DNA of 64,000 nt from Abditibacteriaceae bacterium (GTDB taxonomy: Bacteria > Armatimonadota > Abditibacteriia > Abditibacteriales > Abditibacteriaceae): contig OZ255721.1 in NCBI GenBank assembly GCA_965277285.1, positions 1,632,001-1,696,000 of the forward strand, read 5' to 3'. The translations under genes were made by a program, and so were the position numbers. This document shows positions 10,099 through 20,601 of this stretch, in pieces (the stretch's first letter is position 1; every line of letters begins with the position of its first letter). The notes beneath the pieces were generated by a model. The model did no database searches. It had not been told where the DNA came from and was given only the letters and a program-made list of their open reading frames with translations.

Positions 10099-11549
10099 CC
10101 GTCACTTTCCTGAGGTGAAGCAGGTAACGGTGCAGCGGGCGACGTTGAAGCAAATGGTGATGAAGCCGAAGAAAACGGTGCCCCTTCTGTAGCCAATCGA
10201 GTACTCGAACGGGGCAAATTGGGCAAAAGCGCATGAGAGGGCGATGCGAACGTCGGAAATTGCGGTTGCCGGTTTCCTCCCGCGCGCAGTTCGTGTTCCC
10301 CTTCGTGTAACGATTGCTGATAGGCGAGTTGGGCGCGTCGTTCTTCGCGCGTGCGGCGGCGCAACGCGTAATAAACATAAGTCACCATGCCAACTGAAGC
10401 CCACGAAGTAGTAATTACACCACGACTCCAATAATGATCGACCATGCCGTGTGTCAAGCAACTGAGAATGAGTGCGCCAGACAACGCGACGAAAGAAAAG
10501 AGCGGATCGTCACGCTTCAATTTCTTCTTCAACTTCCAAATTGTGCCCAGCAACACGATATGAATCAAAGCGAAGGCCGCCAATCCCAGCACGCCGGTTT
10601 CGGCCAGCGTCAACATCACGATATTGGTCGCGTCATATTCTTTACGCAAACCGACACCAACACCCAACACAGGATTTTTCTCAAAGTTATCCTGTGCAAG
10701 AGTGACTGATTGGTAACGGTACTTGATATTGTAGTCTTTGCTGGGATCGAAGCTTGTCGCATACAACTTCGATTTTTGTGGCAGCAGCATCCAAGCCACC
10801 ATTAATAGCGGGACCATCACCATTGTCGCGCGTATCAGCAACGAATATTGGCCGCGAACGGCGCACAGCACAAACAACCCAACGATGGCTCCCAGCCACG
10901 CGCCGCGCGACAACGTCATGAACAAGCCCAAGGCAATCGCACCAAGCGCCACCGACATCCAAGTTCTCTGTCGCACTGTTTTGGCGCCGAACCACAATTC
11001 GCAACACACAATGAGGCATCCCGCCAGCGAACCGCCAACACCGTTTTTATTCAAGTTCAAGCGTGCGTAAACTCCGCTCACGCTCAGTAAAGCGAACAAA
11101 ATGCCGACCCATACCAAAGCCTTCAAAGCCGGCATATAATCGCGTTCGTCGCGCGCCAGGCTCGAAAACACAACGATGGTAAACACCAGATACAACACCA
11201 TTTGCAACATCGAAGTCATCGTCGTAGCACGCGGGCTGAGCATCGAAGACACCAAACACACAAACAAATACAGAAAAACCGGAATCGCAATTGGCCCCAT
11301 GTGCCAGCGTTTTCCGCGCATCAGCAACAAAGGCATCGTCAACAAAAGGTTGATTTCAGCGATGGAAAACTTGGCGCCTCCTCCGTTCGACAAGTCGTTT
11401 TGAAATGGCGGCAAAGCGAAAATCAATAACAACGGCAGCCACGGACGCTTCCAGGCTAATGCGTAAAAGAGCAGCACATACGCCATCGCTGCCGGAATTA
11501 GCAATGCAGAAAGCGTACTCAAATGGTTGAGAAGAGTTAAGGAATTCAT
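10095..11549 (-). CDS. O-antigen ligase / Wzy-like polymerase family membrane protein
   Basis: Many TM helices; TLSRGAWLG and NPVLGVGVG motifs; located in a glycosyltransferase cluster. Confidence 0.85.
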   Translation of the reverse strand: MNSLTLLNHLSTLSALLIPAAMAYVLLFYALAWKRPWLPLLLIFALPPFQNDLSNGGGAKFSIAEINLLLTMPLLLMRGKRWHMGPIAIPVFLYLFVCLVSSMLSPRATTMTSMLQMVLYLVFTIVVFSSLARDERDYMPALKALVWVGILFALLSVSGVYARLNLNKNGVGGSLAGCLIVCCELWFGAKTVRQRTWMSVALGAIALGLFMTLSRGAWLGAIVGLFVLCAVRGQYSLLIRATMVMVPLLMVAWMLLPQKSKLYATSFDPSKDYNIKYRYQSVTLAQDNFEKNPVLGVGVGLRKEYDATNIVMLTLAETGVLGLAAFALIHIVLLGTIWKLKKKLKRDDPLFSFVALSGALILSCLTHGMVDHYWSRGVITTSWASVGMVTYVYYALRRRTREERRAQLAYQQSLHEGEHELRAGGNRQPQFPTFASPSHALLPNLPRSSTRLATEGAPFSSASSPFASTSPAAPLPASPQESDG

Positions 11550-11655
11550 GCGAAAAACTTCACGGATTAATCATCATATCGTTGGCTCGAAGAAACCTCA
11601 AGCACAGTACGCTATGAGCTATTGAATCGAGTACTCGAGAACGTAAAATCAAAAG

Positions 11656-12672
11656 TCAGGAAGGCAGCGTTTTATCTTTGAGTGGCACTTTCCATTGAGT
11701 CAGTTGGCGCCACACCAGCCACGCTTGAAACTTCGATTTCGAGCGCGCCATCTTGCGTTTGGCGGGCAGCAAAGACGCCATCGTCCACAAAACGGTTCGC
11801 AACAAACATCCCACTGTCATAGCCGCGCGTACCGACACCAAACCCGCCGGACCATGATGTTTCCACTCGTAGTAATCCAAGCTTTGGAAAAAACTGTCGT
11901 TAATGCGCGCCCGCTCGCTGGCAACATCAGAATTCGCACCGCTGGCGCCGCCCCAATGCGTCACGACCGCTTGCGGCACAAACGCGACCGACCAACCCTG
12001 CGCCACTATCGAACGCTGCCAATCGGTTTCTTCGGCATACATAAAGAAACGTTCGTCAAAGCCGCCAGCCTTCTCCCAAGCTTCGCGCCGCACCAGAAAA
12101 CACGCGCCGCTCACCCAATCGACCAAACGTTCTTCATCGTGCGCCCAACGTCGCAAATCGCTCCACGCCAAACGGGACGGCAACAACGAAGCGATCCACA
12201 AGTTTTCCAGCCACGAATGCAAAGGCCCAGGAAAGCGATAACACGAACGCTGCAAACTGCCATCTTTATTCAATAACTTCGGCCCGACCACGCCAACCTG
12301 CGGATGCGCTTGTGCGTACTCGACCATCGTTTGAATCGCGCCGTCCTGCACAAACGCATCACTGTTGAGCAGCAAAAACCAATCGCCGCGCGCCTGAGTT
12401 AAGGCGCGATTGTTGGCCGCGCCGAAACCCGCGTTGTCGGGATTTTCGATCACATGAACTTGCGAAAACTCTTGGCGGATCGCATCACAACTGCCATCGC
12501 GCGACGCATTATCGACAACCCACACGTCCAAATCGACATCGCGCGTTTGGTCGAACAAAGTGCGCAAACAGCCCAACGTCATGTCGCGCGTGTTATACGA
12601 CACGATAATGACCGACACGGACGGCACATCGTTTTTGCTTTCAACCGCGTTTTGCAAATCGGTGTTCGTCAT
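11656..12672 (-). CDS. glycosyltransferase family 2
   Basis: SVIIVSYN, VVDNASRDGS, NAGFGAANN, LLLNSDA, GGFDERFFMYAEE. Confidence 0.92.
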   Translation of the reverse strand: MTNTDLQNAVESKNDVPSVSVIIVSYNTRDMTLGCLRTLFDQTRDVDLDVWVVDNASRDGSCDAIRQEFSQVHVIENPDNAGFGAANNRALTQARGDWFLLLNSDAFVQDGAIQTMVEYAQAHPQVGVVGPKLLNKDGSLQRSCYRFPGPLHSWLENLWIASLLPSRLAWSDLRRWAHDEERLVDWVSGACFLVRREAWEKAGGFDERFFMYAEETDWQRSIVAQGWSVAFVPQAVVTHWGGASGANSDVASERARINDSFFQSLDYYEWKHHGPAGLVSVRAAMTVGCLLRTVLWTMASLLPAKRKMARSKSKFQAWLVWRQLTQWKVPLKDKTLPS

Positions 12673-12729
12673 TGGATGTTCATCAAATCGAGTACTCAAT
12701 TTCAACTTTTAACGTTGGCGAACCACGTT

Positions 12730-13269
12730 TTAACGTTGTCGAATCACGCGCGCCGGAACGCCCGCGACAACGGCGCCTGCGGGAACGTCTTCAATGACGA
12801 CCGCATTGGCGCCGATGATGCTACCTTTTCCGACGTGAATCGGCCCCAGAACTTTGGCGCCCGCGCCGAACAACACGCCACGTTCGACCACCGGATGTCC
12901 GTCGACACGAGCGGCATCAATCCAGCGCACGCCGCGCGAACCCAACGTCACGCCGTGATAAAGACAACAATTGCCTTCGATGACAACCTTTTCGCCGATC
13001 ACCAAACCAAAACCATGAACGATGACGATGCCTGGCCCCAGTTCCGCGCTCGGCGAAATATCGACCGCATAAAACAACTGCGACAAGCGCGTCAAAATCA
13101 ACGGAATCAAAGGCACGCGATGTTTACGCAGAGCGTGCGCCAAGCGATATAACATCATCGCATGCAAGCCTCGATTGGTCAAAATCAACGCGAAGACTTT
13201 CAAGCGCGGTGGCTTGTTCCACGCCAATCGTTCGACATCGGCTTTGAAATCCTCGTAAAGGCTCGGCAT
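12730..13269 (-). CDS. serine O-acetyltransferase-like hexapeptide acyltransferase
   Basis: VDISPSAELGPG...HGFGLVIGE...YHGVTLG...GAGAKVLG...AGVPARV. Confidence 0.85.
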   Translation of the reverse strand: MPSLYEDFKADVERLAWNKPPRLKVFALILTNRGLHAMMLYRLAHALRKHRVPLIPLILTRLSQLFYAVDISPSAELGPGIVIVHGFGLVIGEKVVIEGNCCLYHGVTLGSRGVRWIDAARVDGHPVVERGVLFGAGAKVLGPIHVGKGSIIGANAVVIEDVPAGAVVAGVPARVIRQR

Positions 13270-13312
13270 CAAGATTTTGTGTCAACAACGATTATCGAGT
13301 ACTCGAATCACG

Positions 13313-14347
13313 TTATTGCGCGGCTTCTTTTTCCTTACCGGCGTAATTCTTCTCGTAGTATTTGCGATATTCCGCGTCCGACTTCAAAGGACGCCACCAA
13401 TTTTGGTTTTCCTGATACCACTTAACCGTGGTCGCCAAATCGTCTTCAAACGAATGCTGCGGCGCATAACCCAGGCCGCGAATTTTGTTCGTCGAAAGCG
13501 CGTAACGCCGATCATGGCCGGGACGATCTTGAACCGGACGAATTAACGATTCCGGCTTGCCCAGCAATTCCAAAATCGCGTGCGTGATTTCGCGGTTGTT
13601 CTTTTCGTTGCCGCCGCCGACGTTATAGGTTTCGCCCGCTGTGCCGTTTTCAATCGCCACCAAAACGCCGCGGCAATGGTCTTCGGCGAAAATCCAGTCG
13701 CGGCGCTGCAAGCCGTCGCCATAAAGTGGCAAAGGCAAATCGTCAATTGCGTTGGTGATGAAAAGCGGAATCAATTTTTCGGGATATTGATACGGCCCGA
13801 AATTGTTCGAGCCACGCGTGATGATGACCGGAAGCCCATGCGAAATGCCATAGGAACGCGCCATCAATTCGCCGCCCGCTTTGGCCGCGCTATATGGCGA
13901 ACGAGGACTCAGAGGATCACTTTCCACGCTGTGACCTTCCGGCACATCGCCGTACACTTCGTCGGTCGAAATCTGCAAAAACAGCTCGACACTTTGGCGT
14001 TTGGCTTCTTCGAGCAAGATGTAAACGCCATAAACATCAGTTTGCACGAAAGCGCCCGCCAGTTCATCGCCGCCCATCAAGCTGCGGTCGACGTGCGTTT
14101 CCGCGGCGAAATTGACGACCACGTCGCAGCCGTTCATCGCTTCCGCGACATCTTTGGCGTTGCAAATATCGCCCTGCACAAAACGAAATTTCGCATCGTT
14201 CTGGAATTCGGCAATGTTTTCCATTCGACCCGCGTAGGTCAACTTATCGAGCACCACGACATCCACATTCGGACGCTCGTGGCGCATCAAACGCACAAAA
14301 CTGCTGCCGATAAAACCGGCTCCACCCGTCACAAGAACTTTTTTCAT
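13313..14347 (-). CDS. rfbB: dTDP-glucose 4,6-dehydratase
   Basis: VLVTGGAGFIGS, DKLTYAG, AAETHVDRS, STDEVYG, YSAAK, DRPGHDRRY. Confidence 0.95.
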   Translation of the reverse strand: MKKVLVTGGAGFIGSSFVRLMRHERPNVDVVVLDKLTYAGRMENIAEFQNDAKFRFVQGDICNAKDVAEAMNGCDVVVNFAAETHVDRSLMGGDELAGAFVQTDVYGVYILLEEAKRQSVELFLQISTDEVYGDVPEGHSVESDPLSPRSPYSAAKAGGELMARSYGISHGLPVIITRGSNNFGPYQYPEKLIPLFITNAIDDLPLPLYGDGLQRRDWIFAEDHCRGVLVAIENGTAGETYNVGGGNEKNNREITHAILELLGKPESLIRPVQDRPGHDRRYALSTNKIRGLGYAPQHSFEDDLATTVKWYQENQNWWRPLKSDAEYRKYYEKNYAGKEKEAAQ

Positions 14348-14406
14348 AATTTTTGAATTCACCGCAGAAGCGCCAAGCGAAAAGAAATTTGATGCCAGAA
14401 ATCATT

Positions 14407-14450
14407 ACTTTGTCATGCTGAATTCTTCGCTATGCTCAGGATGACAAAGT
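14407..14450. repeat. truncated GTCAT...ATGAC REP-like hairpin (family with 54888-54951)
   Basis: ACTTTGTCATGCTGA...ATTCTTCGCTATGCTCAGGATGACAAAGT, similar to the right arm of the 54888 copy. Confidence 0.65.
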
Positions 14451-14509
14451 GACAGTTTCGAGTACTCGACTTCTTCTCCGCATGCCAGCGCTCTTGCGGT
14501 TCGATTTCC

Positions 14510-14560
14510 TCAAAGCTCAACAACATTCAAAGCTCAACAACATTCAAAGCTCAACAACAT
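14510..14560. repeat. 3 x 17-bp tandem repeat TCAAAGCTCAACAACAT
   Basis: Three exact units; the last contains the stop codon of the phosphoesterase gene. Confidence 0.95.
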
Positions 14561-15470
14561 TTTCGCTGACGTTCTCGCGTCGCGCGTGGTCATGCGCCGT
14601 AAACGTCACGCGGTCAGGTTCGATTTTTAGACTGCGCGAGAAAATGCCGCCATGTCGCTGCGGCGTGATGTGTTCGCGCAGCCACCGCGAGTAGCCCCAA
14701 CTATCAGGACAATGAATTTGCCAAACGTGCGGCGCGATCTCGTAAGGCGCAAATAAATAATGTTCGGGATGCAAATGAATGTGTCCCGACATCCAAAATA
14801 TCGGCGCCGAACGCCCCACAATCGTTTCGAGTACTCGACCATGCGGCTCGACGCACGCCGTGCGCTCCTCGTCATAATACGTCATATCCAGCCGCTTATC
14901 AATCAACAACGGCGCGTGGCAAAACACGTAAGCCGGACGTTCGGGCGCGACTTGCAACTGCTCATCCAAAAAATGCCATTGTTCGTTCGTCAAAGTTTCC
15001 GGCTTGTGCTGATCGACATCGTTCAAGCCCAAAAAAACAAAACTGCCCAGGTTCGTGTGCTGCGCGCGCCACAAACTTTCCAAACTGTAAAAATCGAGAA
15101 ATCGCTGAAGCTGCGCCGTTTTTTCTTCTGGAGAACCTTCTTCCCAGCGCGCGCCATAACGCGGCGTATCGTCGCCAACATGAAAATAAAACTCGTGATT
15201 GCCGTTGATCGCGGTGTAAGGTTTGGGCAATTTGTGGACGAACTTGCGAACGAAACCGTATTCGCGTTCGGTGCCATAAGTCGCCACCATGTCGCCCAGC
15301 AGAACCGCGAAATCAGTCTCTTTCCAGAACGGCGCGTTTTCCAAAATGGTGCGCGCCGTCGGGCCGTCGTTGGGCAAATGCAAATCGGAAAAAACGCTGA
15401 TGCGCAAAGAATTCTGGTTTGCGGGCAAAAGCGACGACGCGGGCTGGGCGCGAGAAAAAGGCTGGCTCAT
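14544..15470 (-). CDS. calcineurin-like metallophosphoesterase
   Basis: SDLH, GDMV, GNHE, CHAP and GHIH motifs. Confidence 0.9.
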   Translation of the reverse strand: MSQPFSRAQPASSLLPANQNSLRISVFSDLHLPNDGPTARTILENAPFWKETDFAVLLGDMVATYGTEREYGFVRKFVHKLPKPYTAINGNHEFYFHVGDDTPRYGARWEEGSPEEKTAQLQRFLDFYSLESLWRAQHTNLGSFVFLGLNDVDQHKPETLTNEQWHFLDEQLQVAPERPAYVFCHAPLLIDKRLDMTYYDEERTACVEPHGRVLETIVGRSAPIFWMSGHIHLHPEHYLFAPYEIAPHVWQIHCPDSWGYSRWLREHITPQRHGGIFSRSLKIEPDRVTFTAHDHARRENVSENVVEL

Positions 15471-15615
15471 AGAATGGATTTGAAGCGAACTTCAGTTGAA
15501 GCGAACTTCAAAAGCGCCTTCAGTTTAGCCTAAGCCGTCGCAATGACCAAACGCCGCCCAGTTCGAGTACTCGACAGCGGATGCAATCCAAACGAAAGCG
15601 CCGATTTAAGGCATA

Positions 15616-16203
15616 ATGGGAAGCGTGAGCGAATCTTCTCTTCTTTCTTTGTGGCGCGTGCAATGCGCCGAAACGCGCGAAGCCCTGCACAGCGTCCAAG
15701 CGCAATTGCCGCAACTCGAAATTGTGGCGCAAGCCGTCATCCAATGTCTGCAGAATGGCGGCAAGATTCTGACCTGCGGCAATGGCGGCAGCGCAGCCGA
15801 AGCGCAGCATTTCGCCGAAGAACTTGTCGGGCGCTACAAACTCGACCGCCGCTCGTTGCCCGCGGTTTCGCTCGTCGCCGACGGCACACTTTTGACCTGC
15901 ATTCTCAACGATTACGGCGCGGGGGAATTATTCGCGCGCCAGGTCGACGGCATCGCGTGTGCGGGCGACGTTTTATTTGGCCTGACGACCAGCGGCAACA
16001 GCGAAAACGTGCAACGCGCGGTTGAACGCGCCAAAGCCAAAGGCGTGATTACGGTCGCGCTTTCCGGCCGCGATGGCGGCCAGATGAAAGGCTTGCCCGA
16101 TCACGAAATCATCATCGAAGCCAAAACCACCGCGCGCATCCAGGAAGCGCATTTGTTGTGCGTTCATCTCCTGTGCGAAGCGATTGACACGGCGTTTGCG
16201 TGA
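15616..16203 (+). CDS. gmhA: phosphoheptose isomerase (SIS domain)
   Basis: GKILTCGNGGSAAEAQHFAEELVGRY, NDYG, TSGNS, TARIQEAH. Confidence 0.9.
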   Translation: MGSVSESSLLSLWRVQCAETREALHSVQAQLPQLEIVAQAVIQCLQNGGKILTCGNGGSAAEAQHFAEELVGRYKLDRRSLPAVSLVADGTLLTCILNDYGAGELFARQVDGIACAGDVLFGLTTSGNSENVQRAVERAKAKGVITVALSGRDGGQMKGLPDHEIIIEAKTTARIQEAHLLCVHLLCEAIDTAFA

Positions 16204-16229
16204 AGAAAGCGGGTGAATCGAGTACTCGA

Positions 16230-17307
16230 ATGAAACGAAAGCTGACGAAGTGGGAATGGTTGATGATGACCGTACCTTTTATCGCCTTGTCTTCTCTAAT
16301 TTGGCAGAACGTGACAGCTAAGTGGCATCCAAAAACGCTGTCTTCCGGCAATGGAATGGTAACATCGCTGGCGTTTTCGCCTGACGGACGTTTGCTGGCG
16401 GCGACTTCGTTCTACGTAAAGAAGCACATCTCGACAAGGCTCAATTGAAATCTGGAATGTGGCAACAAGAACTTTGCTAAAAACTCTGGGCAATCCACAT
16501 GATGAATCTTTGGCAGCAGCTTTTAGTCCCGATGGTAAAACGCTGGCTATCAAAGTATTTTACCTTTCTGATTCTGTTCAGCTTTGGGATGTTAAATCGG
16601 GTCAGCTTATGCACGTTCTGCCAACACATCTTATTGGTTCGGTTGCTTTTTCGCCCGATGGTAACTCGTTGGTGACATACGACAAAGAGCTGTGTTTGCG
16701 CAATGTGAAAACGGGCAAAGTTACAAAAACTATCGCAAAAGATGTGAATCCTGAAGCGCCCGTCATGTTTTCTCACAATGGGCGTTTCTTGGCTTACGCT
16801 TCAGCCGATATTTTTCTGTTCAACAGGAAGAATCCAACGCAAGCGAAATGGATTAGCGGCCATCTTATAATTTACGACTTGCGAAACGGTAAACGACAAG
16901 TCCTTGCCGCACTCTTTCCTGCATCTTTCTGCTTTTCGCCAAACGACGATGTTTTAGTAGCCACGACCAGTCCCATCCTGCCTGACACCTCAAGATTATC
17001 GGGACAACAGATAGCTTTTAAGACAAGCACGGGGCAAACATTGTGGACGCAAAACCACACCAACTTAGAAGGTCTGGCCTTTTCACCAGATGGGCGATGG
17101 CTGGCCAGCGAATACAAATCTTACGGCGTTGAAATCAAACAAATCACGACGGGAAAAATCGTTCGAGTACTTGACGCACCTGAAAACAAAGGTGGATTCC
17201 ACACATCAATTTCGACAATTGCCTGGTCGCCCGACGGAACTACTATCGCTTGCATTGATAATAATGACCAGGATATAAAACTGTGGGATGTTAGCGATTT
17301 GCATTAA
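16230..17307 (+). pseudogene. membrane-anchored WD40 beta-propeller protein, frameshifted near 16420-16445
   Basis: First frame gives TM helix plus VTSLAFSPDGRLLAA then TGA at 16446-16448; the +1 frame continues GSIEIWNVATRTLLKTL with several AFSPDG repeats and IKLWD. Confidence 0.75.
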
Positions 17308-18146
17308 ACCTTCAACTTTTCCACCGCTTTGGTCACATCACCGCCGCACTCTTCGAGTACTCGATGCGCGGTTGCTTCATCGACATCGGCCTGTTTCATT
17401 ATTAAACGCGCCGCGCGATCCACCAATTTGCCGCACGATGGGCGCAAGTGCGTCATCAGGTTGCCTTCGACGCGTCCCAAACGCAGCATGACGCCGGTTG
17501 AGATCATGTTCAAGACCAGCTTTTGCGCGGTTCCGGCTTTGAGTCGCGTCGAACCCGCCAAAACTTCCGGCCCGACAACTGGCGCCATAAAAACGTCGCA
17601 TAACGGCTTCATGGGCGCTTGATTATTGACCGTTATGCCGCCTGTCCAAGCATCCAAACTCCGCGCATATTCCAGCGCGCCCAAAACATACGGCGTGCGG
17701 CCCGAAGCTGCCAAGCCGATGACGCAATCTTGCGCAGTTAAACCGCTTTCGCGCAAGTCGCGCGCGCCATTTTCCCAACAGTCTTCGGCACCTTCTTGCG
17801 ATTGAAACATCGCGTCGCGCCCACCTGCGATAATGCCTTGAACCCATTGCGGCGGCGTGCCAAAGGTCGGCGGACATTCGCTGGCATCGACAACTCCCAA
17901 ACGCCCTGACGTTCCCGCGCCAATGTAGAACAAGCGCCCGCCAAGTTTCATGCGGCTGGCAATCGCATCAACAGCTTGCGCCACGCTTTCGAGTACTCGA
18001 TTGACGGCAATCGGCACATTTTGATCTTCTTCGTTCATCAAGCGCAAGGCGTCAATCGTCGGCAAGCGCGACAAATTGGCGGTGCGTTCGTTGATGGCTT
18101 CGGTTGGCAAATCGGCGAGATTGGGAATTGAAGTTTCGTGGCTCAT
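17304..18146 (-). CDS. murQ: N-acetylmuramic acid 6-phosphate etherase
   Basis: GAGTSGRLGVVDASECPPTFG, EGAED, AASGRTPY, GPEVLAGSTRLKAGTAQKLVLN. Confidence 0.95.
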   Translation of the reverse strand: MSHETSIPNLADLPTEAINERTANLSRLPTIDALRLMNEEDQNVPIAVNRVLESVAQAVDAIASRMKLGGRLFYIGAGTSGRLGVVDASECPPTFGTPPQWVQGIIAGGRDAMFQSQEGAEDCWENGARDLRESGLTAQDCVIGLAASGRTPYVLGALEYARSLDAWTGGITVNNQAPMKPLCDVFMAPVVGPEVLAGSTRLKAGTAQKLVLNMISTGVMLRLGRVEGNLMTHLRPSCGKLVDRAARLIMKQADVDEATAHRVLEECGGDVTKAVEKLKV

Positions 18147-18164
18147 AAGGTCGTGGTTCGTGAT

Positions 18165-18192
18165 GTACGGGCGAGGCATGCCTCGCCCATAC
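18165..18192. repeat. short GTAC/GTAG-type REP-like palindrome
   Basis: GTACGGGCGAGGCATGCCTCGCCCATAC; related to 26393-26421. Confidence 0.7.
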
Positions 18193-18199
18193 GGTGACT

Positions 18200-19978
18200 T
18201 TACATCGCTTCAATCGTCTCGATGCCCAATAAATTCAAGCCTTGCTTGAGCACGCGACTGGTCAAATCGCACAACGCCAAACGACTGGAACGCAATGGTT
18301 CTTCGCTTTTGAGAACATGGCAATTCTCGAAGAAGAAATGAAACTTTTGCGCCAATTCAAACAGGTAATCACATAACGCATTGGGGCCGAAATCTTCCAG
18401 CGTCGTTTCGATGGCGAGAGGAAAACGCAACAAGTATTTCACTAAATCAACTTCGGCTTCCTGCTCTAAATGAAGTTCATGCGGCGTCGAGTTCGACGGA
18501 ATACCCAACGCTTCGGCGCGGCGAAAAATCGAGCGTGTGCGGACATAGGCGTTGATGAGATAAGGCGCGGTATTGCCTTGCAGCGCCAGCATTTTGTCCC
18601 ACGAGAAAACATAATCGCTCAAGCGATTGCCTGACAAATCCGCGTATTTGATGGCGCCAATTCCCACCACGCGCGCGATATTTTTCTGCTGCTCTTCGCT
18701 CAAATCGGGATTCTTCTCGCGCACGATTTCCAACGCGCGACTTTCGGCTTCGTCCAACAAATCGCGCAAACGCACATTGTCGCCGCTGCGCGTTTTTAAA
18801 GGTTTGCGGTCGTCGCCTAAAATCGTGCCGAACGCGATATGTTCCAATCGAGTACTCGAAAAGCCCCAACGTTTGGCCGTCGCAAAGACCTGACGAAAAT
18901 GCAGGCTTTGCCGCGCATCAACGACATATAAAATCGCGTCCGGCTGCCACGTTTCCACGCGATATTGAATCGTCGCCAGATCGGTCGTACCATACAACGA
19001 CGCGCCATCGCTTTTCTGCACCAACAGTGGAAACGGAACCCATTCGCCTTTGTCGTTTTTCCAAAACGGATCGTCTTTGGAAGGTTCATCGTGTTCCGAA
19101 AAAACCGCGACTGCGCCTTCGCTTTCGCGCGCGATGCCTTTGGCTTTCAACTCTTCGACAACTTCGTTCAAGCGATTGTTATAAAAACTTTCGCCCAGTT
19201 CGTGATCGAAATGAATGTTGAGACGCGAATAAATCTCATCAAATTGCACTTGCGACAATTCGCGCAAAATGTTCCAGATCGCCAAGTTTGTTTCATCACC
19301 GTTTTGCAGTTTCAACGTTTCTTGGCGTGCCTGTTCTTCAACAGCCGGATCATTGTTCGCCTGCTTGCTGACGAGTTGGTACAAACGATTCATTTCTTCA
19401 ACGGCGTCCTGCTGAAGATTGTTTTTGTCCAAATGTTCGTTCCAGCCGATGATAATTTTGCCGAATTGCGTGCCCCAATCGCCGATGTGGTTGTCGGTGA
19501 TAACGTTGTGTCCAGCGAAACGCAGCAAGCGCTGAATCGCGTCGCCGATGACGGTCGAGCGAATGTGCCCGACGTGCATCGACTTGGCGACATTAGGGCC
19601 GGAAAAATCGACGACAACGGTTTTCTTATCTTCCGCTTCAGGAACGCCCAAACGCGCGTCTTCGAGTACTCGAATCGCAAAGGTTTCGAGAAAACTGGTC
19701 TTCAAGCGAAAGTTAATAAAACCTGGCCCGGCGATTTCTGGCACTTGCGAAAGTTCGCTGACATCGAGTTTTTCGATGAGACTTTGCGCCAATGCGCGCG
19801 GATTGGTTTTAAGCGATTTCGCCAATGGCAAAGCGCCGTTCCATTGATAATCGCCGAACTGCGCATTGGCCGTCGGCACGACGCGCAACGCATCGGGCGA
19901 AACGCTGGATGTGTCAATGTTCAATTCTTGCAGCACTTTGTTCACGGAATCTTGTAATTGTTGTTGAATAGTTTGCAT
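18200..19978 (-). CDS. argS: arginine--tRNA ligase
   Basis: FGDYQ, GPGFINF, DFSGPNVAKSMHVGHIRST, HIGDWGTQFG, KTRSG, GNTAPYL. Confidence 0.97.
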   Translation of the reverse strand: MQTIQQQLQDSVNKVLQELNIDTSSVSPDALRVVPTANAQFGDYQWNGALPLAKSLKTNPRALAQSLIEKLDVSELSQVPEIAGPGFINFRLKTSFLETFAIRVLEDARLGVPEAEDKKTVVVDFSGPNVAKSMHVGHIRSTVIGDAIQRLLRFAGHNVITDNHIGDWGTQFGKIIIGWNEHLDKNNLQQDAVEEMNRLYQLVSKQANNDPAVEEQARQETLKLQNGDETNLAIWNILRELSQVQFDEIYSRLNIHFDHELGESFYNNRLNEVVEELKAKGIARESEGAVAVFSEHDEPSKDDPFWKNDKGEWVPFPLLVQKSDGASLYGTTDLATIQYRVETWQPDAILYVVDARQSLHFRQVFATAKRWGFSSTRLEHIAFGTILGDDRKPLKTRSGDNVRLRDLLDEAESRALEIVREKNPDLSEEQQKNIARVVGIGAIKYADLSGNRLSDYVFSWDKMLALQGNTAPYLINAYVRTRSIFRRAEALGIPSNSTPHELHLEQEAEVDLVKYLLRFPLAIETTLEDFGPNALCDYLFELAQKFHFFFENCHVLKSEEPLRSSRLALCDLTSRVLKQGLNLLGIETIEAM

Positions 19979-19986
19979 TTTGTTTT

Positions 19987-20072
19987 AACGAACCATGAGC
20001 GTAAGCGACGGGTAAACTCATGGTCTTCCGTCGCTGATAATTTTCACCCGTCGCTTACGCTCAGGGTTCGTT
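19987..20072. repeat. GAACCC-type REP doublet (inverted pair)
   Basis: AACGAACCATGAGCGTAAGCGACGGGT / ACCCGTCGCTTACGCTCAGGGTTCGTT. Confidence 0.8.
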
Positions 20073-20558
20073 TTCGTATTTCGCGCGATGTTCTTGCATC
20101 AATCGGATGTAAGTTTCGTCGTTTTTCGCCAGCAGATACTTTTCCTGAAAAATGCGCGCGCTTTCGGCTTTAATCGGGTCTTCTTCGCTTTTCGGCAATT
20201 CTTTTCTGCCATGCGCGCCGCTTTGCCCTTTCTTATCGAGAGGAACCGGGCCGTCATATTTCTTGCCGCCTTTGTGATTGGCATAACGGCGGCTGCGCGT
20301 GATTCCCATCTGCAAAAACTTGCGCGCCATGTCCATGCCGACGAAATCGTTTTGCGCACGGTATTCGAGGAACATTTCGTAGATTTTAGCGGCGCTTTCG
20401 CGCGCTTTTTCCGGCGTGGCGAATCTCCAGTGCGGCAAGATTTCCGATTTATACGGCTCGACTGACAAAACGCCCTGCTCGCCTTTCCCGATTTGATACT
20501 CTTCGGGATGCGCGCGCATATCGAGATTCTTCCAATCGCGCTGAGAATTGAACTTCAT
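20061..20558 (-). CDS. DUF4385 family protein
   Basis: YQIGKGEQGVLSVEPYKSEILPHWRF, DFVGMDMARKFLQMG.TRSRRYANHKGG. Confidence 0.85.
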   Translation of the reverse strand: MKFNSQRDWKNLDMRAHPEEYQIGKGEQGVLSVEPYKSEILPHWRFATPEKARESAAKIYEMFLEYRAQNDFVGMDMARKFLQMGITRSRRYANHKGGKKYDGPVPLDKKGQSGAHGRKELPKSEEDPIKAESARIFQEKYLLAKNDETYIRLMQEHRAKYENEP

Positions 20559-20601
20559 AAAATTGACCGCCAAAAGCACGAACAGAAAAACATTGAGCGA
20601 T

